DNA of 64,000 nt, from contig CT867997.1 of the NCBI GenBank assembly GCA_000165425.1, positions 310,001 through 374,000 of the forward strand, read 5' to 3'. The notes beneath the pieces are model-generated. The model ran no database searches. It saw only the letters and a list, made by a program, of their open reading frames with translations, and had not been told where the DNA came from. The translations under genes were made by a program, and so were the position numbers. The stretch comes from Paramecium tetraurelia (lineage: Eukaryota). Below are positions 41,636-54,006 of the stretch, piece after piece; positions within the stretch are counted from its first letter, which is position 1, and each line of letters starts with the position of its first letter.

Positions 41636-42953
41636 TCAATTAGCCTTTGTTGACAATATTGCTGGGACACTAACATTAGTGGATTGAGGTTTAGCATTGT
41701 TATTATTACTATTGCTTCCATTGAAACTATACCCACCGAATTAAGCTAAAACTCCATAAGTATGAATACCTTAGACTGAGTTCCTCCTTAAACTTAATAT
41801 ACTTTCAGGATCGATTTCATGAGCAGAATCCCTACGATTTTCGTTGGCTATTTAAATCATTTCATCTTCTCTGGGAATATATGGAGCTGTTATTTATCTG
41901 TCTAAAAATTTATCCCAACAATAATCTTTAAACCATTAATGGGCCTTAACTTCTTCAGGACCATTCACTCCTAACCTATTAGCAGGCTTCCTTTAGATGA
42001 GCTTAATTTTAATCAGAATTTCTACTTTATTGGCAAAATCAACTGCCTCTAATGACCATCCTGCGGGAATGTCAGTGTTTTTTATTTAGACTTGTTTAGC
42101 AATAACTTGATCTCTAATCTCTTATCTGCTTTTCCCAACATATGGTCGCTTACCCATTATGCATTCATATACAATAACTCCCAGTGCATAATAATCAACA
42201 CCCACTCCATGATTTTATCCTATTTAATTAGATTTAAAAATTGAAATTCTTACTGCACATTACTTCCGGAGCCATGTATCCAGGTGTGCCACTAGTGTCT
42301 TATGCGTTTTCTGGTTTCCACTAACGGGCAATTCCCATATCTGTCAATTTTAAGTATCCTTTATCATCAAAGACTAGATTTTCTGGTTTCACATCTCGAT
42401 GGAGAATGCCATTTACATGTAAATATTCCAAAGAGACTATTATACAAACCACAAAGAATTCTATTTTGTTTATTTTTGAGTACTAGTTTGTTCTTCAGTA
42501 AATTTCCTTTATTTACATAGATGGTATCTCAGATCTCCGCCTGTTAATAAATCCATGACCAAATAGAGATTGTCTCTATCCTAGAATGCTCCTTACATAT
42601 TAATAATGAAACTAAGTTATTGGTTACTTTTACTTATGTTTCAATTAACTAAGTAGTTATAATTCATTCATTACTGATTACACACTTTTCTTGGCGATGA
42701 TCCTATTTCAAATATTTACATTATTAACTTAGCTTTTGACATTATTTTCATAGCATACAAACTTTTTGACTTTTTGTTCTCTACCATCCAGACCTAATTT
42801 CCTTTATTATTTTGTTTAATCTTACCTTTCCAAAGCCTCCCTTGCCTATAACACTCTTCTGTGTGAAATTAGAGATAGAAATTACTAAACTTACCTAATA
42901 GTATTACCTGTTTAATCTTCTGACTCTGTTGACTTTAGTGTGCAATTTCCCAT
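41636..42953 (-). CDS. AGC-group Ser/Thr kinase with an MGNC acylation motif
   Basis: IGKGGFGK, YAMKIMSKAK, LLTGGDLRYH, HRDVKPEN, TDMGIAR, TSGTPGYMAPEV, NRLGVNGPEEVKAHQWF. Confidence 0.93.
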
Positions 42954-43544
42954 TTTTATTAATTAATGATTACAACAGCAAATTAACTAATTAACTATAA
43001 GAATATCATGTATACATTTATTAAAAACTGTTGTTCATCAACCTAATAAGTAGTCTAGACAGGTTATGATGACCATCATGGATTTACCTATTAACTTAGA
43101 TCAAATATGGAATAGATAAAATAATACTACTGAAGATATTCAGTTTATTATCATAATAATCATCTTCATTCTAACTAAAAAATGGTACTATTAATCTGGA
43201 AGTACTATTTTAAGTTGTAACCAAGAAGAAGTCTCAATAATGAATGATCAATGTCAAAATTTAACTAATTATAAGACCAGATTGAAATTTTTATTACTTA
43301 CTCAACCTGATTAAATTAACTAAATAATATATGGATATCAAAAAAATCAAACTAAATAATAACAGTTCGCAGTGAGAACTTGTGTTATTTAACAATTGAT
43401 GATGCATATATATTATTTTTAAGCATTATAATAATTAGACAAATATATTTTATGGAATCTAAATTATTGATTATAATATTTAAATAATCATATTCTCTCT
43501 ATTCTATAAAAAATTACGAAAAATGGTAAATATCCACCAATTTA

Positions 43545-44400
43545 AAACTTAATGAAAAACATATTATTATCTAAATATTGATATTAATGAGTATTTTAAA
43601 TTATTACTATGTGATAAGAAAAATTATATATTTGGAATTTAGATAAATGGAAGCATAGAATAATTACCTCAAAAAAGTTTGATTAGAAGATATCTAATGG
43701 TTGTTTGGATATTTTGATAATCAAGACTTTAGGATATTCTTTACCAAGTTTGTCATTGTGAGGAGCATTTAAATTTAGTATCATTATATACTATATATGA
43801 TATATAAGAAAAATTTATAAATATAATGAATAATTCGACCTAAAGCTTACGAAATATGTTCATTATTAAAAATAAGCCACCAATTATTATCCTTTATTTT
43901 TAATAAATTTCTTTAAAAGTTTTTGAATATGAATTACCTGCTAATGATTTATTATAGGCAAAAAATATAAATAATCCATCAGTATAGGATGTATGTTGTG
44001 AATATCTTTATTTAAGTATATAGAATAGATTTTTAACTAAAATTTATTAAGAAATAATAAATTTTTTAAATTATTTATGTCCATTATGTATTCCTCCTTT
44101 TAAAGAATTCAGTATCTAATTCTATGATTGTAGGTATCATTTATTCATGGTTTTCCTTTAGATGAAAGGATTCTTATTATCTTTCTTGTACGACTTTTGC
44201 ATTTTATATGGGAATTTCATTTAATTTTAATAATTATTATTAATTATCATTTGTTAATTATTTGAATTTTATTAATAGAATTATATATCCAGGTCATATC
44301 TTAATAATTATAAAGAATACATTAAATTTCAATTATTAATTAATTATAAAAAATTACTTAATTAACATAAAAGTAAAATAATTTCATAATAAAGTCTCCT
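43545..44400 (-). repeat. Copy A of an inverted duplication of about 850 bp (partner about 52450-53290)
   Basis: Colinear similarity by eye across the upstream flank, ATG8 coding region and downstream flank, e.g. AGATAAATGGAAGCATAG vs AGATAAATGGAAACATAG and shared GATTAGAAGATATC. Confidence 0.88.
43835..44220 (-). pseudogene. ATG8-like pseudogene, paralog of 52622-53008
   Basis: MKFPYKMQKS/fs/QERQQESFHLKENHEQMIPTIIEL/fs/...HKQFKKFII...GLFIFF...KTFKEIY/fs/KDNNWWL. The terminal GGT-TGA of the intact copy is GGT-CGA here. Confidence 0.85.
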
Positions 44401-45500
44401 TCTCTTTATGTCTTCATTTTATATTTACAAAGAGATCTTCATTACAAATGTATATTCATTTCATCCTTTAATTACTCAATTACTTCATTACTAATCAACT
44501 CTTTATAAATGAATCAGTATGGAATTAAATAGTAGAGTCATTTTTAATAAATTGATAATTTTTTTCAACCAGAATCTTTGAACCTAGACATTTTGCTCGA
44601 TAAGTGTTAGTTATTTTTTGGCTTTTTTTTAACCAAAAATTTAGAAATTAAATAACACTTTTAGTATTCGATAAAAACTTCTTTCATCTAATCTTACCCA
44701 AATGTTTCAGTATGATCCTTGAGTATAAACATTATTTAATCTATCTATGGCACTAAATAAAAATAGAAAATATAAAGTTATAAATAAAGATAATCATAAA
44801 TGAATAGTCGAAAAAAAATCTATTTGAAAAAAGTAATATTGAATTAATTCTAAATTATTATTAATTCCAAAAATTGTCTGGATTCTTTAATACGCCAATA
44901 AACAATCTTTCAAAAAGAATTTATTCTTATTATATGCAATAAATAATAATTTGTAAAAAGATTAAAATTTAGTACATTAAAATGCTCAATCCTCTGTTAT
45001 CGGTAAAATAAAAATAAATATGGAGATTAATGAAAAATTAGATTTATTAACTAATAATTACACAAAAAATCTCAAATTAATTTAAGAAATCTATTATATA
45101 TCGATTGAATATCTATTAAATAATCTTATTCTTAAGGGTCCTTATATTTTTAGAGAATAATTTGATCAAAGAAAATAATCCAAAATCAAAAAGTTAAATA
45201 AATTCTCTCTAAATCAATTAATAAAAATTACAGATTACTTTATTTATATAAAATAAATATTGAATAAATGAATAATTCTGAGTATTAATATCCAAGAGGA
45301 GCAAATTAATTTACTTATTAACCTGTAGAGAGGCCTAGTACTATTAATTTGAGTCCGTTTGAAACTAAATTGATTTATGCAATAGGCTTTAGTTTAATTC
45401 TTTGGGGATTGATAAGATCGTATAATTATTGAGATATAGAGAGAAATAATATATCATTTAATTTATTATTAAGATTTTAGTATATTTAATTAACACTAGC

Positions 45501-47104
45501 TCATATTTAATTAATTCTATCAATCCTTGATGGTAAAATATAAATCATTTCCTCGCACTTTTATAACATAGCTTAAAATTCATTTTATTAGTTGATAAAT
45601 TGAGCCAATTATTTATATTAATTTAAAGAATTGGCTAAATAAGTAAGTTTAATTTTTTTGTCTTTCGAAAAATACTTAGACTGTGCCTTAGCAATATTTA
45701 ATAAGCCCTAGTAATGGATATATAATATGCTCATTCTATTTTGTCCCCTTCACTCAATTTCAATTATTCAACTATTTTTTCATAATATTGAATAGCATTA
45801 AGACAATCTTTATTCATTTTTTCAGTTAGTTTTTTACTTTTCCCTCCAAAAATATCATCGATGCCATTAATTTTCACAATGAATTCATATAATTCATTAT
45901 TGATTTCTGCAACATCAACCAATAACATTTCATAAATAGTTTAATTATCTTTTTGATTTAGGGCATTAAATACTGGAAGTAATAGGTCTAATCTCTTTTC
46001 TATATAGGAAATAATATTATTGGGGTCTGGTTCACGAAATATAATAACTCTATACATAGTGGATATATCACTAAGTATTTGGATATGTTCTGTTACAAAA
46101 CCATCGAATACAAATATAGATAGGGCTTTTTTGTATAAAGTATTAGCATGCCTAAATAAGGACTTTATTCATCATAAGTTTTACTTGGTTAGAATACCTA
46201 AAGTAATCAAAGTAAGCAATACTAGTTATTTAACATTAACATCCTCAAATGTAATACTATATATATTAAATAGTTTAGGAAGATTGGGGTCGTTCTATTA
46301 ATTGCTCTTAATGCAATCAATACAATATGACATCATACTTCCTATTACTCTCCCTTAAGCCTTTTGTAAATTAGCTCGACTGGAATTATAATAAATGAAT
46401 ACAGCTTTTTTCTTTTTCCTTCTGGAATAACTGATTCACCAACTAGAAGTAGATAAAAAGCATAGGTGAAATTCTATAAACCTGAATAATGATCAGATAA
46501 AGATATGCAGCTGAAAAAAAAATCTTTTAATTCATAAGTTTTAGATTTGATTTATCTTAGCATTGACTATCCAAAATAAAAACCTACCTAAACTCATTAA
46601 TTTATTTATACTTTGTCTTTGTTCTAAGTTTGCCATATGCTTAAGTAATCTAAATCGTTGATTGTTTAAAATTCTTAGGCTCTTTCAAATCCTCCTTCTA
46701 TTTTTAAGGGTCTCTTTTCAAAGTCTCCTTTAGCTATTAAGTACTCCCCTAATCGTTCAGCTTTGGCCAATATGGCTAATCCAGTTTCAATTTCATTATC
46801 GTCAAAATTAACTACCAAGAATCCTAAATGATTATTGATTGATTAAATATAAGTCAAGTAACTTTCTATATCCTTAATCTAAGAGAAGAGTTAAAGTGAC
46901 TTTTCCATATTCTTTTTTGCTTTAGGAAATTTACTCCCAATTAATAATGGATGATTGCTTATTGGAAAGGGTCTTATGTTTTTTGTAATAATTATTGCAA
47001 TAAGGTTCTTGCTCTGTATTTATAAAGAAAGGGCTATTCTTTAGACTTGGAAACTTTTCTAAGTGTTCAACCTAAAAGAGTGTGCTTTCAAATTCGTATA
47101 GCAT
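45501..47104 (-). pseudogene. KIFBP: KIF-binding protein (KBP/KIAA1279) pseudogene
   Basis: YKYRARTLL, HYQLGVNF, NHLGFLVVKFDDNEIETGLAILAKAE, FVFDGFVTEHIQILSDIS, CEEMIYILPSRI. Frameshifts near 47025, 46168 and 45700, and an in-frame TGA at 45731-45733. Confidence 0.85.
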
Positions 47105-47158
47105 ATTAATTGATTATTTTAAATATTTTATTGTAAATGTACACTTTATTATCTCTAC

Positions 47159-47841
47159 TCATTTCTTGGTTTCTTTAGCTTGCTTTCTCTTTTCCTTGAC
47201 TCCCACGAATTTAGCATTATACCAATCTTATCTTAATCTTCTGTAAACACTCTTAGCTCTTAATTCTTTTGAGATTACTGTGGCTTTCTCTCTCTTTGGA
47301 GTTCTTTAGAATGTGATTACCTGAAAATAATTGATATAATAGATACTTCTGGATTAGTATTTTATGTCACTGGTTATGCTACAACATCATTTCCTGAGTC
47401 TTTAACAACTCCATTCTTTGGTTTGCCAGCCACTCTTGGGAATAAGACTAATTTAGATAAATAAGCCTTGATTCTCTTAACATTAACTGCCAATTCTTCT
47501 TAGTTATTGTTTCTTCTTCTGTGATCAACTGCAATTCCTACGGTTCTGGCGAATTAAGCATTAAGACCTGCTTCCTTCAATTCAATCAATGAGAATCCTC
47601 TTCCTAATTTCTATACTCCATTGTATTTGATTGTTTATCCTCTTACGACTGGTCTAAGTAATTCAACTGGTCTTGGAGAAGCTCCTATTGAGGATTTAGA
47701 TTATGATTATTTACTTAATGCATTAGCTTATCTTCTTTATTATCTTCTTCTCTTGGCAGCTGGTTGATTGTAAAATGTCTTTACAAATCTTGTCCAGTGT
47801 TTTCTTAAATGGGCATTAGGGAGTTGTTAATTGTGCTTCAT
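47159..47841 (-). CDS. RPL13: 60S ribosomal protein L13 (eL13)
   Basis: [57 protein letters not shown]. Confidence 0.97.
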
Positions 47842-48305
47842 TTTTAGAAAAAATTTAAAAAATAAATATAAGGATATTTAAAAATATATTAAATGACTCA
47901 AATTAACATTTTATTCATATAAACAAAATACTCTTGCTTCTCTATTTATCTTCAATCATAGTCTCACTATTCTATTTATCACATGAATCCAATCTATTCA
48001 CTTTTCTCATAGTTGAATTCTGTGATTGAAAAAATAACGACTTTTTATTATAAAAGAATCTATATTTCATAATTAAACTAAATTTCCTTATAAATCATTT
48101 ATGAGGCCATATATATAAAGTGAGAAATTGTTCAAATCGTTAAGATTCCTAAAAAACCAATGATATTATAAATGAAACTAAAAGATTAATGAAGGATTAA
48201 TTTAAAAGAGAATTGAGTTTAGAAACCTAATTAATTAATTTGGATCTGCACCAATAAATATTATAATTATATATGAATATGTCTATATTTATAATCTCAA
48301 AATAT

Positions 48306-49128
48306 TCAATCTTTAGCTGCTCTATAAATTTTATTGCATGCATCTTCTAAAAGTCCTAAGAGAGATTCTTGAGATTCTTCTCTTAATTTTTTTTCTTCTT
48401 CGATTTCGCTCTTGACTCTGGAAACAAGGTCTTTCAGCATTTCAAAGATTGCTGCTTCCGATTCCTCTCTGAAATTAATTTATTCAATCAGTACCTTAAT
48501 TTTTTCTAGTTGCCCAATCCCTCATTCAATCGTTTAATTTCATCTCCAGCTCTTCTCAAAGTACCATTATCACTGTCTTCCCTGTCTTATCCTTCTGTTT
48601 TAACCATGTCATATAACTTAGGTAGATCATTTTCCAAAGATGTCGTGATATTTTCGATTTGCTCTTATCTAATTTTCCCTTCAGTTTAGATATCGGACTT
48701 CAAATAGACAACCTATGTGGAACGATTATTGATACTTTTTCATCTAAATATCCTGCTAATTTGAGATTTCCATCCTTTCTTAAAGCAATTTCTTATTCGA
48801 GTTTAGTTGTGATTCTACTTTCGAAAGCAGCAATTTCTCTCACTCTCTGTTCAAATTAAGTCTCGAAGGCATTGTTTTCCTCTTCGATTTATTTTTGAAG
48901 ACGAACTATTTCATCTTTCAGTGCATGCTATTATGTTATTAATACAATATTTACAAGTTTCCTATTGTATGAGGTAATTGTGTCTTGCATTCTCTCCTCG
49001 ACGCCTGTGATTCTTCCGCAAATAGTGTCAATTCTGTGGGCTTTGGATGAATCATGTTATAATTAGATTGAGTTGAGCTTTTCAGAGATTTTAGCAAATC
49101 TTTCGTTGAAGGGTGTATTTGGATTCAT
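48306..49128 (-). CDS. SF-assemblin-like striated-fibre coiled-coil protein
   Basis: MNPNTPFNERFAKISEKLNSI, coiled coil with E-x-x-x-R-E repeats, ends EKKLREESQESLLGLLEDACNKIYRAAKD*. Confidence 0.8.
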
Positions 49129-49610
49129 TTTATTAACAAATTTATTTAAGTATATTTATATTTAAAGCTTAATAAAAGAAATAAACATAATATAAAATTT
49201 AACAAAGATATTATATTCATAATAATTAATTTACAAACCGGTTTTTAAGTAGTCTTCTTATTTTGGTTCTTCCCATGTGAATTTCAGAAAAGTTTCCTAT
49301 ATACTTTTGAGTCAAATCTCAAGAATACCGACATCATGTAATTTTAATAAAATAAATATTATGTTTGATACGTCTTTTTAGTATTAAAATAAATGCCAAA
49401 TTTTATTTACTATTTTACATTTAGAACTTAATATCCTTTCTAATTAGGTTAATCGAATACAAGATTGATAATTATTATGATATATTTAAGTTTAATGACT
49501 TAAATAATAATTTATTTAATTTCTTAAAATAATGATACCTCCAGATAGTTAATTCCTTCTTAAATTTAAAATTTTCGCCAATTAATAATTATTAATAAAT
49601 TATCACACTT

Positions 49611-50232
49611 ATGAACAACGCTATCAAGAGTGAAGAAAACTTAGATTTTCAAAATAGTTTTGAAAAGTATAAGTAATTTGATATTTATGAATAATTCCAG
49701 AAAAAATAATCGACCCTCACATTATCAAAAGGTTGACGAGAATATTAGACAGCAAATTATAGATTAAGCATGCAACATGGGGTAGCCATTAAGATAAGTA
49801 AAATCATTTTTAATTTCAGATAGCTCAAAACCATGGAATTAAATATTCAACTGCAAAAGCTATTGTCTAGGTGTACCAAAACGAAGGAAGAATAGGAAAA
49901 AAACGAACAAGAGATAAACGAATTTTTTAAGAGATTGAAACCTTCATGATAGTTGTTCACAAGTAATCAGGCAAAATAGAAAAGCTCAAACACAAATCTG
50001 AATGCAGTGATCTAAAAACCAATTTTCAGACTGCTAAAATAAAGTAAAACCACATAAATTAAAGGTTATTAGTCTTGAAGAAGCCCACTATTCTTAGCTA
50101 GCTCAATATTTTGGAAAGTATACTCTGTATTAAGAAGATGAGGCATAAAGTTCATAAAATGAAACCTTACTGAACATTGTTAAAACTTTAAATGAGTAAT
50201 ACTAATAATTTTAGAATGATCCTTCACAATGA
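49611..50232 (+). CDS. Small helix-turn-helix (paired/Tc1-IS630-like HTH) DNA-binding protein
   Basis: YQKVDENIRQQIIDQACNMGQPLRQ/intron/IAQNHGIKYSTAKAIVQVYQNEGRIGKKRTR; no DDE domain follows. Confidence 0.72.
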
Positions 50233-51065
50233 CGACGATTAATTTATTTATCAATATAAAAAAATAACTTTATCCTTAAAAATGGCACTTTTTATTTTTT
50301 AATTGTTCTTTCTATTTTATATAAATATATTAATTTTACTATTTCTTTTATTTGAATGATGCAATATATTACTAATAAGTAATGAGAAAAATGATAACAC
50401 ATCTAATCATGAATAATATTAAATTTCTTGATTTGATGATAAACATCTGGTATACAAATTATTTAGATAATAATTTAGAAGATAAATTATTGATTGATAG
50501 TAATTTGAATTATATTTCATTAATAATTAAAAATATTAATAATTAATAAATTGTAATAAATTTTTCATTAAAATAAAATATATTTATATATTCTGAATGA
50601 ATAAGATTAAAGAATAAATTATTTTCAAATGCTACTTATTCTAAAGAGCCAATTTAATAAGTTAAAGTTACAGTTTTGTGAAAAATTATTACATTTATTC
50701 AAATATCTACAATATAGCTTGCTGATATAAAATTTTTATTTTTGATATCTAACCATATTGTTTATGAAAATTGACAGCGACATTCCCTTCTACAACCATT
50801 AAGTAATCAGTTTTTTATGATTTCCAATATTATTGCATTATTAGCTTTTAGTATGGACTTCTTCCTTTTATAATCACAAATGTAGCCCTTTTTGTTGCCT
50901 AAACTGTTTCTCTACTAGATTGTAGCTTTTCAATGACAAAAGAAAAATAAAAATTAAATTAATTTCTATGAAATTTAATATATAATTTAATATTAAATAT
51001 AAATTGTGAAATAGTACCATAAATTTTTACGAGACATAAATATATAATTAAATATATCTATAAAA

Positions 51066-52317
51066 TCATTATTAACATTTTACTGCCGATCTCCTACAGT
51101 AGGGACAAGAATTCTTGATTTTCAACCATCTAATTAGACAGTCAGAATGAAATATATGTTAGCATTCCAGTAATATAATTTTCTATTTTTTTTGGATATC
51201 ATCACCGCAAATGGGACATTAAATTGTATTATTATTCTACTCTTCCAATTAGGCTAAATCTACAGCTTAGTTTCGTTTTTATTACACTTCTAGTTAAGAA
51301 TTAAAGGACTTAATTTCTAATTTTTCTAAATCCTCTTCTCTCAAATTGGTAACTTAAACTTGAGGATTGTCATTAAAAAATCTTCCGTCTCTACAGTTCC
51401 TTAATTATAAATAATATTGCCCCTCGATAATATGTAAATGTTTACTAATATATGAAGGTTATAGATGAAGGCGATCACAATGCTTGCTACAGTTACACCA
51501 GCAATTAAGTATGAAATTTACTCATAGTCAATAACCAATTAGATACCATCTATGATGACTTGTAGGAATTGAATTAAAACAAATAGATTTATCACAAGGT
51601 AAATCTTAGTAATCTCAAAGACATGAAACATTAACTAATTTATGAGAAACTTAATGAAAGGCTTGATTTCCCTCTGTAAATTATCAAACTTGATAGAATA
51701 ATAGAAGCCTAAGATTTCAAATATGAATATTTACACACAAAAATGATCAGTGTTTAAAAATAAAAAAGGTATTCATATGATAAGAATAATCTTCTGTCAC
51801 AAGGGGGAAGCTAATGTACATCGTTCCTTCTGATTATATTTCTCGAATAGAATGAATAAAGATGATTGCAGACAAAAAATGCTGATGCATAATATAATAA
51901 TTGGGTAGCGGTGTATTTTTAAAGGTTTGTATCGAATGTTCCATATAAAGCAATAATGAAACTAAAAATCTAGTTGGATGAATAAAAAAAACACTACCTC
52001 ATTAAAAAGTATAATAGGGTATGAGACTTTGTAATGATTTTGCCATAAATTGATTAGTAAGTTCCTTAAATTATCTCCAGTTCCCAAATAGGCATGCCAA
52101 ATTAAGGTAACCCAAATATAAATAACTCCTAAATGATACAATATTAAATAAGTCAAAGGTATTTTTAGTGCATAGGCTGTCTAAATTTTATGCAGTATTA
52201 TACTTCTGATCTATCTGTTTAGATTTGGTCATATAAATAATAAGAGCTAATTGAGATTGGGCAACTTATAAATATAATTGCTATGGTTGTGTGAAATATG
52301 AGTTTGAGAAAGACCAT
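51066..52317 (-). CDS. Multi-pass membrane RING-H2 E3 ubiquitin ligase
   Basis: Hydrophobic N-terminal helices; CPICGDDIQKKQKIILLECQHIFHSDCLIRWLKIKNSCPYCRR. Confidence 0.85.
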
Positions 52318-52449
52318 TAATATTGATTTATAAAATATTAGTATAAAAATTAATATAATTATAATAAGGTGTAATTAATTATATTGGGCATGTCATATTA
52401 GTTATAATTCTGAATAAAAATAGTTACTAATTTATTTAAGTTAAAGTAA

Positions 52450-53290
52450 GAAGACTGATGTACTCAAAAATATTTTTAAATAAGTAATATGATTATAATT
52501 ACTGAATGATTGAAATATAATGTATTATATATAATTATTCTGATATGAACTGATAAATAATTCTATTATTAAAATTTGAAAATAATTAATTACTGGATAT
52601 AGGAAGAATAATTAAAATTAAATGAAATTCAAATACAAAATACAAAATTCTTATGAATAAAGAACATAATAATCTTTTAATCTAATTGAAAAGCATGGAT
52701 AAATGATACCTGTAATAATTGAATTGGTTTTAAAATCGAGATGGCTAAAAGAAATTTTTAATAAACATAAATAATTTTAAAAAATGATTGTTAGAGAAAC
52801 TATTTCAGTTCAAGATCTATTCAATACACTTAAATATAAATACTATCCATAAATGACACCTACATTTGGAATATTTATATATGTTGGGGGAAATAAATTA
52901 TTATTACATAATTCATTTCCAAAATCTTTAAAAGAATTTTATGAATAAAATAAGGATAGTGATGGTTGGCTTTACTTAGCATTGACATTTTAAGAATGTT
53001 ATGGTTGATCTATTTATTAGATTTATGTTTACTCTTATATGAAAATATTAAAATTTTAAATTAATTTAAATGTTCTTCATAAGGACAAATTTTATGAAAA
53101 GCATCCTAATGTTTTGATTCTCAAAATATTCAACCAACCATAGGATATCTTCTAATCAATTTTTCAGGTAAACATCCTATGTTTCCATTTATCTATTTTT
53201 CCAATCAATAATTATTCTAATTACATAATAATAATTTAAATATCAATTAATATCAATATTTATATAAAAATATATTATTCATTAAGTTTC
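52450..53290 (+). repeat. Copy B of the inverted duplication (contains the intact ATG8-like gene)
   Basis: Reverse-complement similarity to 43545-44400 across flanks and coding region. Confidence 0.88.
52622..53008 (+). CDS. ATG8: Divergent ATG8/GABARAP-like ubiquitin-fold protein, intronless, 128 aa
   Basis: MKFKYKIQNSYEQRTQQSFNLIEKHGQMIPVIIE...GIFIYVG...LKEFYEQNKDSDGWLYLALTFQECYG*. Confidence 0.88.
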
Positions 53291-53856
53291 TCCTTGTTGT
53301 TATTACTATGGATGAGCAATATATTCAAAGTCTTTTTTATTTTACAGACCCAGACAATTTGTTATCCATTTTGTTAATTCTTCTAATAATTTTGGGTATT
53401 TGTTCTAATCTTTAATCCATATTGAGATTAGTATAAAGTTTTTTTTAGAGTGAGCAATCTTAAAAATAAATATTAATTTTACGATTCCGCATACGCCTTG
53501 TAAATGTGGATTATCATCACTTAAGATAGTGCAATATTAATTCTTCCCACACTCTATTTTCAAATCCTCTCTTCACTCTAAGAATTAATCTACCACCATT
53601 CATGTTTTATGGATCTTCCCATACAGGTTGAATTTGCTCTTGGAATAAGAAAAATTGTGCTCCAAAAGGTAACTTCTCAGGTTTAACCATATAAGAATAG
53701 TATGACCAAAATTCTCTAGCGGTTCCAAATGAGCCTTGAATATGTCTATAGTTTACCTATTTATTTAAGCTGATCACTAAAATTGTCAATATTTTAGTCT
53801 TTGCTGACACTCAACCAAAAGGTAAACCTTGATCTTAATTAAGAATCCTAGTTCAT
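53279..53856 (-). CDS. eIF4E family cap-binding protein, class II (4EHP)-like
   Basis: LRSRFTFWLS, NFSDQLKQIG/intron/SFGTAREFWSYYSYMVKPEKLP, FFLFQEQIQPVWEDPQNMNGG, NRVWEELIL. Confidence 0.9.
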
Positions 53857-54006
53857 ACACGTAATTATGTAAAAATAAATAAGTTTTATTTAATGAATAT
53901 TTACATTTTTCAATTCTGATTAATATGACAGGTTTGTAAAGAATAGGGAAACTAGTAGAACATATATATGATGGTTATTTAATGTTATGAAATAAAAATA
54001 TTAAAT

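Noticed and set aside
43067..43554. TGA-free frame of about 160 codons on +
   Set aside because: With a single stop codon, long open frames arise easily; no recognisable motif, and the 3' half looks like intergenic DNA.
43648..43780. Shared in-frame TGA in MEAQNNYLKKV*LEDI / METQDVYLKN*LEDI, suggesting selenocysteine or readthrough
   Set aside because: Substitutions in that frame are spread evenly over codon positions (7/5/6), the sharing is explained by the segmental duplication, and no SECIS is evident.
50408..50940. Open frame on - containing DYLMVVEGNVAV, vaguely like a cNMP-binding domain
   Set aside because: The resemblance is limited to one short motif, with no start codon or supporting context.
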